Assembly (NCBI GenBank): GCA_964602845.1
Contig: CAZRSW010000003.1
Span: 77,533 to 141,532, forward strand
Reading direction: 5' to 3'
DNA length: 64,000 nt
Source: an uncultured Dehalococcoidia bacterium
GTDB lineage: Bacteria; Chloroflexota; Dehalococcoidia; Lucifugimonadales; UBA826
A program made the position numbers and the translations under genes. Shown piece by piece: positions 57,010 through 64,000 of the stretch (positions within the stretch are counted from its first letter, which is position 1; the number at the start of each line of letters is the position of its first letter). The notes under the pieces are model-generated. The model was not told the DNA's origin. It did not search any database and saw only the letters and a list, made by a program, of their open reading frames with translations.

Positions 57010-57804
57010 ATGCCCAGTGTAATACTTACCGTTACCTTAATTCAGAGATGGCGAAGTATAATGCTGTGGTCATCTAGTATGTTCTTAATAGCTCTTATGT
57101 TTACAGGGCTTTACGACTATTTCCAGAACCAAATCGCAAGCATGATCGAGGCGGCCCCTCCACCCCTGCAGGCATTTTATGGGGTTGACCTTCAAAATGC
57201 ATCCTCCCCAGCTGGTTGGCTAGGGTTAGAGCTATACGGATTCATTCTACCTATCGTACTAGTAATCATAGCAACAGGAGCCGGAGGATCGATAATTGGC
57301 GATGAAGAAAATAGTGGGACCCTAGAATTATTGCTTTCCAGCCCTGTTAGCCGAATCACCATCCTAGTACACAAAACATTAGCAATAGAGATCCAACTAG
57401 CACTAGTCGCAACCTTAGTATGGTTGGGTATTCTTATAGGAACAATACTATTCCCATTCGATATCTCTTTGAGTAAAGTGTTCTGGGCATCTTTCATGGC
57501 ATGGCTACTGGGAGGACTCATGGGCTGTTTAGCGCTGTTTGTGCAATCCCTCACTCAGAGTCGGAGCTACGCCATAGGTATAGGAGCAGGAATCTTATTG
57601 GTATCGTATCTTACTAATATTCTATCAAACGCGATCAACTCATTAGAATATCTTCGGTACGTATCGACATTTCATTACTATGGTGGGTCTGATGTACTAA
57701 TCACTGGCCCATATTGGGTCCATATACTAGTGCTCTCTGCAGTCACAGTAACGTTATTCGCATTGGCTTTAATTATTTTTTCGAAACGTGACACTGGAAT
57801 TTAA
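57010..57804 (+). CDS. ABC-2 family transporter permease
   Basis: Six predicted hydrophobic helices. Starts 3 nt after the ATPase gene. Confidence 0.7.
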   Translation: MPSVILTVTLIQRWRSIMLWSSSMFLIALMFTGLYDYFQNQIASMIEAAPPPLQAFYGVDLQNASSPAGWLGLELYGFILPIVLVIIATGAGGSIIGDEENSGTLELLLSSPVSRITILVHKTLAIEIQLALVATLVWLGILIGTILFPFDISLSKVFWASFMAWLLGGLMGCLALFVQSLTQSRSYAIGIGAGILLVSYLTNILSNAINSLEYLRYVSTFHYYGGSDVLITGPYWVHILVLSAVTVTLFALALIIFSKRDTGI

Positions 57805-57828
57805 TTAATTACTCACTAAGAGTAGATG

Positions 57829-59589
57829 TCACCGTCGAGAAAAATATCGCTCAAGCTGCTGTAAACTAATTCTCACCAAGGTTGGCCTGCCATGAGGGCA
57901 AGTATTAGGCTGTACACAAGATTCTAACTGCCGCAAAAGCAGCTCCATTTCCCGCATCGAAAGAGATTTACCCGCTCTTATAGCCCCATGGCAAGCCACT
58001 GAGTAGGCAGCCTTCTCTTCCCAAGTCTCGAATAGAGCTCCATCATCTAGAACTTCTAATATCCCAGTTATAGCCTGTGTCGGGTTAGCCTCTGATAGCA
58101 AAGTTGGAATCGCACGAATCAACATCGTATTGCTACCAAATGGCTCATAGTCAACGCCTAGCTTTGAGAATAATTCCTTATTCTCAGTAAACGTCGATAT
58201 TTGTGAATCATCTAGATCAATCAGCACTGGCTCCATTAATGTCTGGGTGGGAGGGGTTTCATTTAGTGAACCCTTGGATATCTCATCGTATATTATTCGC
58301 TCATGGGCCGCATGCTGATCTACCAAATACACACCATCTGGACCTTCAGAAACTATATAAGAACTGGATATCTGTCCCAAAACTCTAAGAAGAGGCAATG
58401 TATCCCTAGGAGTTGATGCTAGCCTTTCGTCCCTCTCCCTCTCGGATGTATCAACGTCTACGTCACTCGCTGACATTCGATTATTTACTCTGCTATCTAA
58501 GAAAATTGAGGGCCCCATATCAACTAAGGGTTTTGTCCGAAAAGATAGATCCTTGGTCGTAGTATTAACGCTAACAGAAGGCACAGAAGAAAAATCCAGT
58601 AACGCTTGCCTAACGGTATCTCTGATAGTTGAAAATACCAAATCCTCATATTTGAATTGCACTTCTAATTTTGTTGGGTGAATATTCACGTCAACGTCTT
58701 CATTAGGAACCTTTATGTGTATTGCACCGACGGGAAACCGCCGCCCTTCTAAAAAGCCGTGATAGGCTTGCTCGAAAGCATACGTCAATGTTCTGCTTCT
58801 AAACCATCTGCCATTTACAGATAGATTGATGTGACTTCGATTCGCCCGTGTCTGCTCTGGCATACCTATAATCCCTGAGATATAGCATCCTTTGGCGGAT
58901 TGTTTATCATCAAGAGAATGTATAGGGATCATCATTCTTGCAAATTGGTGCCCATAGATCACTGCCATGACGTCTCTAAGATCATCAGAACCTAAGGTGA
59001 TGAAAGGCCTGGATCGTTCCTGTCTCAACTCAAAAGAAATCTTTGGATTAACTATAGCCAATCGGTGTAATAACACCTGGATTCTCCCTGACTCTGATCT
59101 AGCCGATCTGAGAAATTTAAGCCTCGCCGGGAAATTTTGAAACAGACGGTTCACTCGGACTAGTGTACCTTCACCTACTGCAGCAGGCCCTTGATCCATG
59201 ACAGTCCCTTGATCTACTACAATCCTGGCTCCATGTGAAGAGGATCTCTCCTTACTCTCTAAGTGTACTTCCGATACTGCAGCTATGCTATAGAGTGCCT
59301 CACCACGAAATCCCAAGGTTTGGATATCTTCAAGGTCGGACGCTGTATAAACTTTACTAGTAGAAAATCTCTGGAACGCCAATCCCATTTCTTTCTGACC
59401 GATCCCACATCCGTTATCAGCAACAAACATGGATTGCAACCCCCCACCTGAAGTCTCTACCCGAATCCGAGAAGCGTCTGCATCCATAGCATTCTCTATG
59501 AGTTCCTTTATGACCGAAACGGGTCTTTCAATAACCTCACCAGCTGCGATCAGAGCTGACACTTCCGGTGACAGTAACTTAATACTCAC
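57829..59589 (-). CDS. mutL: DNA mismatch repair endonuclease MutL
   Basis: N-terminal GHKL ATPase (AAGEVIERPVSVIKELIENAMDA) and the C-terminal endonuclease motif DQHAAHERIIYDE. Confidence 0.9.
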   Translation of the reverse strand: MSIKLLSPEVSALIAAGEVIERPVSVIKELIENAMDADASRIRVETSGGGLQSMFVADNGCGIGQKEMGLAFQRFSTSKVYTASDLEDIQTLGFRGEALYSIAAVSEVHLESKERSSSHGARIVVDQGTVMDQGPAAVGEGTLVRVNRLFQNFPARLKFLRSARSESGRIQVLLHRLAIVNPKISFELRQERSRPFITLGSDDLRDVMAVIYGHQFARMMIPIHSLDDKQSAKGCYISGIIGMPEQTRANRSHINLSVNGRWFRSRTLTYAFEQAYHGFLEGRRFPVGAIHIKVPNEDVDVNIHPTKLEVQFKYEDLVFSTIRDTVRQALLDFSSVPSVSVNTTTKDLSFRTKPLVDMGPSIFLDSRVNNRMSASDVDVDTSERERDERLASTPRDTLPLLRVLGQISSSYIVSEGPDGVYLVDQHAAHERIIYDEISKGSLNETPPTQTLMEPVLIDLDDSQISTFTENKELFSKLGVDYEPFGSNTMLIRAIPTLLSEANPTQAITGILEVLDDGALFETWEEKAAYSVACHGAIRAGKSLSMREMELLLRQLESCVQPNTCPHGRPTLVRISLQQLERYFSRR

Positions 59590-59610
59590 AAGAATCCTTT
59601 CTCAATTTAT

Positions 59611-60570
59611 TCACCCTCGATAGAAATATCTGGTAATAGTTTTAACATGACGCCTTTTCCCAGTAAAATCCCCAAAAACCCTATCTAATAAACCAGAATA
59701 TCCTATCAACATTGGCCGACTAGGTTTCCTTAAATCATTAAAGGTGTAGTCACGGGAACCCCACAGTGGTAAGAGGGAATGAGTTTGATCCCACTCTCTT
59801 TTACCTGAGAAAAAAGGGGTAATACTGGACCCTTTATCCAAATGCATTACTATTCCACCAGCTTCAATAATCAGCGCTACCCCAGCGGTGATGTCCCACA
59901 ACCGAGCACTAGGTATGGCTGCATACTGCGTTACACCTAGGGCAACCATTGACATTTCGTATACGATACTGCCAGCCATTCTCACTTCACCAGCCTCACC
60001 AATACCTTTAGTGGAACTTCCGAATTGAGTTTCAAAAGATCCCGGTAAGGTTCTCAGACCTTTCGGATCACTTTCTCCCTTCTTGATAACACTGATAGGG
60101 ATACCATCCACAGACGCCCCACTTCCCCAACTACATTCCAGCACTATACCGTGTTCTCTACCAGGCCATGGTAAAAAAACTGCCCCAACAACTGGGACGC
60201 CCCTGTGCATTACCCCAATTGAGCAAGCATAAAATGGGAATCCATACATAAAATTTCTCGTACCATCCAACGGATCGATTATCCAAACAGTGTCAGGTGC
60301 CTTTACGTCACTACCGTGATCTTCCTCACCCACAATCCCATGATCCGGATATCGTCGCTGAATTTCTTTCACGATAAAATCCTGCGTTTCTGTATCAGCT
60401 TGAGTGACAGGATCACTACTACTGCCATCCTTGAAATCTATCTCCAGATTCCTGTTTGGCCTAACCGGGCTCGGAAAAAATTTGCTCAATAGAGCACCCG
60501 CATCACAAACCAGTTCCGCGGCACTTGACTGCCAATCAAGTAAAGTTTTTGAATCTATCACATCAACCAT
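59611..60570 (-). CDS. inositol monophosphatase family protein
   Basis: WIIDPLDGTRNF metal-binding motif. At 319 aa it carries a C-terminal extension. Confidence 0.8.
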   Translation of the reverse strand: MVDVIDSKTLLDWQSSAAELVCDAGALLSKFFPSPVRPNRNLEIDFKDGSSSDPVTQADTETQDFIVKEIQRRYPDHGIVGEEDHGSDVKAPDTVWIIDPLDGTRNFMYGFPFYACSIGVMHRGVPVVGAVFLPWPGREHGIVLECSWGSGASVDGIPISVIKKGESDPKGLRTLPGSFETQFGSSTKGIGEAGEVRMAGSIVYEMSMVALGVTQYAAIPSARLWDITAGVALIIEAGGIVMHLDKGSSITPFFSGKREWDQTHSLLPLWGSRDYTFNDLRKPSRPMLIGYSGLLDRVFGDFTGKRRHVKTITRYFYRG

Positions 60571-60603
60571 AATTGCCTTTGGTGTTGCATATTGTTCACC
60601 TCA

Positions 60604-61614
60604 TCATTTATACAGTTGATTTTCCGTTAGCAACAGATCCACAATCTTCATTGCACTATCAAATGGGTCATTCGATCCACATTGCACACCATCAATAATA
60701 TTTAAGATTTTGGAATCACTTCGAAGGTCCTCCACATCAACCAAATCACGGATTTTACCTGTGATTATTTCAGCAACTGCGTCATACATATAACCCACCC
60801 TCGAGGATCTCCTTTCGATTTCCAATGACCCATTTGCCCCCATAGTGCGAAATCGTTGGTCCAGAATCTCAAGAAGCTCATGGATTCCCTCATTTGTATC
60901 AGCTCGGGTCTTCACAACAGAAGGGATCGTCACTTCCGAATCTTTAAAAGAAGTCTCCAAAGCATGAACCAGTCTGTCTGCCCCTAATCTGTCTGATTTA
61001 TTGACGGCAAAAACGTCTCCGATTTCCATTAACCCCGACTTCATAACCTGAATGGAATCACCTGACTCTGGGACAAGTACCACCAAAACCGTATCAGCAA
61101 CTCTCATCACATTCAAATCGGTCTGCCCCACACCAACCGTTTCGATAATAATTGACCCAAGACCAAAAGCATCCATAAGATCGGCTGCGATTTTTGCTGA
61201 TGAAGATATTCCGCCAGGGACACCTCTATTACTCAAACTACGGATAAATACTCCATCATCCAAAAAATGATCTCTCATTCTAATCCTGTCACCCAAAACA
61301 GATCCACCTGAAAAGGGGCTACTAGGATCATATGCAATAATACCTACTTTGCGGTCTTGTTCTCGTAGCAAAGCTGTCAAAGCGGCTGTTATGGTGCTTT
61401 TACCCGCCCCGGGTGGACCCGTTATTCCTATCACATGCGCAGACCCACAGTAGTCGGATATTCTCTGAGATATGGCACTCCGGCTCCTGGGACTCGATTC
61501 CATCAGTGTAAGTATCCGCGCCAAAGCCCCTTCATTCCGTGAAACTAAACCATCTACAAGAGCATCTACCGAATATTTTCTCTTCATATCCCGCCAAATA
61601 CCGAGGTGAGACAA
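60604..61614 (-). CDS. meaB: MeaB/ArgK-type G3E GTPase (methylmalonyl-CoA mutase-associated metallochaperone family)
   Basis: P-loop GITGPPGAGKST, ETVGVGQ switch and NKSD specificity motif. Confidence 0.8.
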   Translation of the reverse strand: MSHLGIWRDMKRKYSVDALVDGLVSRNEGALARILTLMESSPRSRSAISQRISDYCGSAHVIGITGPPGAGKSTITAALTALLREQDRKVGIIAYDPSSPFSGGSVLGDRIRMRDHFLDDGVFIRSLSNRGVPGGISSSAKIAADLMDAFGLGSIIIETVGVGQTDLNVMRVADTVLVVLVPESGDSIQVMKSGLMEIGDVFAVNKSDRLGADRLVHALETSFKDSEVTIPSVVKTRADTNEGIHELLEILDQRFRTMGANGSLEIERRSSRVGYMYDAVAEIITGKIRDLVDVEDLRSDSKILNIIDGVQCGSNDPFDSAMKIVDLLLTENQLYK

Positions 61615-61659
61615 CTACATTAGTTGAGGTGAGCCTTTTACTTAACTCAAGACCTTTAC

Positions 61660-62124
61660 CTATAATTTCTTCATCAAGGTTCCCATTTCTACTGCTGTCA
61701 AGGCACAATTATACCCCGCGTTCCCTTGCCTACCGCCCGCTCTATCTTTGGCCAATTCCACTGTATGAGTTGCTAATACGCCAAATATAACAGGTATCCC
61801 CGCTGTCAGTGCAACATCCCCAACACCACGGGCGGTCTCCCAGGCTACCAAGTCATAATGATCCGTCTCACCCTTGATAACTGCACCCAGACAAATAATC
61901 GCATCATATTCACCGCAAGAAGCCATTTTCGCCGCGACCACAGGTATTTCAAAAGATCCAGGAACTCTGGATACCACTATATTATCAGGAGACACATTGT
62001 TATGTGACAATCCCAATTCGGCGCCTTCCAACAACTTGGACGTAATAAAATCATTGAATGAGGCAACAACTATACCTATACGAAGATTGTGGCCGTTCAT
62101 ATCCCCCTCAACATACCGGCTCAC
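61660..62124 (-). CDS. ribH: 6,7-dimethyl-8-ribityllumazine synthase
   Basis: 154 aa. RIGIVVASFN and VPGSFEIP motifs. A 4-nt overlap with ribBA. Confidence 0.9.
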   Translation of the reverse strand: MSRYVEGDMNGHNLRIGIVVASFNDFITSKLLEGAELGLSHNNVSPDNIVVSRVPGSFEIPVVAAKMASCGEYDAIICLGAVIKGETDHYDLVAWETARGVGDVALTAGIPVIFGVLATHTVELAKDRAGGRQGNAGYNCALTAVEMGTLMKKL

Positions 62125-63347
62125 GAATTCGACTCTTCTTCAGGATTCCCATCTGAGATCATATGTCCCATCCTCTTCCTCTTGGTTTCCATATAGGCTA
62201 AATTCTCTCCTTTATAAGGAGCTCCAATAGAAATTCGTTCAACGACCTCAAGGCCGAAACTTTCCAACCCAACTCTTTTCGTGGGGTTATTGGTCATCAG
62301 TCTCATCCTTTTCACACCAAGATCTTCCAAAATCTGAGCACCCACTCCATATTGGCGTGGATCTGGTGAAAATCCTAATGCAATATTCGCGTCCACAGTA
62401 TCATAGCCTTCATCCTGAAGAGCATAGGCTTTCAATTTATTGTGTATACCTATACCTCGACCTTCTTGCCTCATATATAAAAATACCCCCGCGCCCTCCT
62501 TGCCTATTGCTTCTAAAGCCAATGGGATTTGATCCCCACAATCACATCTTTCGCTTCCAAATACGTCCCCTGTCAAACATTCACTGTGAACTCTAACCAA
62601 AACTACAGAATCCGGTTTTAATACCCCTTTTACCATAGCTACATGCTCATAAGAGTCAACCAAACTACTGTAGGATATAGCGTTAAATTCTCCAAACTTT
62701 GTGGGAACTCGGGCCTCGGCAACACGTTCTATTAATTTTTCGTTCTTACGTCTATAAGCTATTATGTCCGCTACAGATACGATGCGAAGGTTATGTACTT
62801 CGGCAAAGTTCTTTAACTGTTCCATCCGGGCCATGCGGCCGTCCTCTGCCATTATTTCGCAAATCACGGCAGCTTCCTTGAGACCCGCTATTCTGCAAAG
62901 GTCAATCGAAGCCTCTGTCTGACCGGCCCTTTTAAGAACGCCTCCCTCCATATACTTCAAAGGGAAAATATGGCCCGGTCGCCCTAAATCTTCAGCCTCC
63001 GTTTCATCATCAATAAGTACTTCGATTGTAGCTGATCTATCTTGAGCGGAAATCCCGGTAGTGGCCTTTTTAAGTGAATCTACTGATACCGTAAATGCTG
63101 TTTGAAGAGAAGCAGTATTGGTTTCAACCATAAGAGGTAGCCGTAGTTTATCCAATCTCTCACCGAGCATTGGGACACAAATTAGCCCCTTCCCAAATGT
63201 CGCCATGAAATTTATGCTTTCGGGGGTTACTTTTTCAGCAGCTAGTACTAAGTCACCCTCATTCTCTCGATCCTCATCATCTACTATGATAACCATAGCC
63301 CCCGCTTCCAGGTCCTTAGCTCCCCCCACTACATCTTCTAAAGACAT
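62121..63347 (-). CDS. ribBA: bifunctional 3,4-dihydroxy-2-butanone-4-phosphate synthase / GTP cyclohydrolase II
   Basis: [11 protein letters not shown] (DHBP synthase) and the CxxGDxxxSxRCDCG zinc site ([16 protein letters not shown]) of GTP cyclohydrolase II. Confidence 0.9.
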   Translation of the reverse strand: MSLEDVVGGAKDLEAGAMVIIVDDEDRENEGDLVLAAEKVTPESINFMATFGKGLICVPMLGERLDKLRLPLMVETNTASLQTAFTVSVDSLKKATTGISAQDRSATIEVLIDDETEAEDLGRPGHIFPLKYMEGGVLKRAGQTEASIDLCRIAGLKEAAVICEIMAEDGRMARMEQLKNFAEVHNLRIVSVADIIAYRRKNEKLIERVAEARVPTKFGEFNAISYSSLVDSYEHVAMVKGVLKPDSVVLVRVHSECLTGDVFGSERCDCGDQIPLALEAIGKEGAGVFLYMRQEGRGIGIHNKLKAYALQDEGYDTVDANIALGFSPDPRQYGVGAQILEDLGVKRMRLMTNNPTKRVGLESFGLEVVERISIGAPYKGENLAYMETKRKRMGHMISDGNPEEESNS

Positions 63348-63397
63348 ATGACAAGCACTCCTCTACTAACTAGCTCCAACAAACATTTCCACCAATC

Positions 63398-63979
63398 TCA
63401 AGATTTATCCACGTAAAGTTTTTCTACATATTTAGCAATGACATCAGCCTCTAAATTAACATAATCCCCCACATGCTTATTTCCAAACACCGTATGTGTT
63501 CTTGTAAAAGGTATTAATGTGATGGAAAAATATGCATCTTCAACGCCGACAACGGTTAGGCTCACACCATCCACACATACGAATCCTTTCTCCACAACAT
63601 AACGCATGAAGTGAGTGGGCGCGGATAATTTAATATGTTGCGCATCACCATCGGGAATAATTTCCGTGATTAGTCCGGTACAATCAACATGTCCTTGTAC
63701 AAAGTGCCCGCCTAACCTTCCTCCAACCTTTATGGATCTTTCCAAATTGACCATATCCCCCTCCAACAAATTACCTAAGTTAGTCCTCCTAAGAGTTTCA
63801 GGAACCACGTCAATAGTAAATACACATCCAGAAACAGAGGTCACTGTAAGGCATGCCCCATTTACGCAAATACTGTCACTAACTCCTAAGTCTCCGATAA
63901 TTGACTGGGCCTCTATAGCCAAAGCAGGTTGACCAACTTCGCGCAAAATTCCCATCTCTTCAACTATGCCAGAAAACAT
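63398..63979 (-). CDS. ribE: riboflavin synthase (alpha chain)
   Basis: MFSGIVEEMG opening and internally duplicated lumazine-binding halves (GDSICVNGACLTV / GFVCVDGVSLTV). An AAGGAG RBS lies at the window edge. Confidence 0.9.
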   Translation of the reverse strand: MFSGIVEEMGILREVGQPALAIEAQSIIGDLGVSDSICVNGACLTVTSVSGCVFTIDVVPETLRRTNLGNLLEGDMVNLERSIKVGGRLGGHFVQGHVDCTGLITEIIPDGDAQHIKLSAPTHFMRYVVEKGFVCVDGVSLTVVGVEDAYFSITLIPFTRTHTVFGNKHVGDYVNLEADVIAKYVEKLYVDKS

Positions 63980-64000
63980 GTCGCTCCTTAATCACAATAA

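Noticed and set aside
1-64000. CRISPR arrays, IS elements, prophage or integron signatures, rRNA/tRNA genes
   Set aside because: I saw no regularly spaced repeats, transposase or integrase ORFs, or rRNA/tRNA-like sequences in the ORF track or the intergenic regions. The inspection was visual and not exhaustive.

Overview
This is a compact 64-kb chromosomal segment, about 93% coding by my tally of ORF coordinates, moderately AT-rich by eye, with AGGAGG-type ribosome-binding sites and frequent GTG/TTG starts. I support about 58 protein-coding genes. I recognised no rRNA, tRNA, CRISPR array, transposase, integrase or prophage signature. The taxon cannot be fixed without a search. The pyrR-pyrB-pyrC-carA-carB order and the gene content look Chloroflexi/Firmicutes/Deinococcus-like, but that is only an impression.

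Housekeeping genes: holB, htpX, an ABC-F ATPase, uvrA, tgt, aroK-aroB, rph, the PyrR-controlled pyr/car operon, mazG, mutL, and ribE-ribBA-ribH (its 5' part lies beyond the window edge).

Metabolic and accessory content:
- A three-subunit xanthine-dehydrogenase-family molybdenum hydroxylase (FAD, 2Fe-2S and Moco subunits) followed by a MoaD-like carrier. MocA-like and XdhC maturation genes sit about 5.6 kb upstream.
- A minus-strand amidohydrolase / acyl-CoA ligase / enolase-superfamily operon, convergent with an alpha/beta hydrolase.
- A YdiJ-like FAD/Fe-S oxidase.
- 3-oxoacid CoA-transferase A/B subunits.
- An amidase with a small GatC-like partner.
- An ABC-2 exporter.

Most interesting candidates:
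1. A tightly coupled threonine-synthase-like / stand-alone NIL-domain / CysO-type sulfur-carrier triad (28560-30379). It looks like a protein-thiocarboxylate-dependent thiol amino acid (probably homocysteine) module with an extra NIL component.
2. A 597-aa membrane protein made of six tandem two-helix repeats that end in aromatic-x-x-H-W motifs.
3. A pyrR leader that combines a PyrR-binding hairpin, an RBS-sequestering hairpin and a 25-codon leader ORF overlapping the pyrR start.
4. A GreA homologue with a ~120-aa N-terminal extension.
5. An sbcC-like gene with no sbcD.

All family calls come from motifs read in the translations and from recalled family knowledge. No searches were run.
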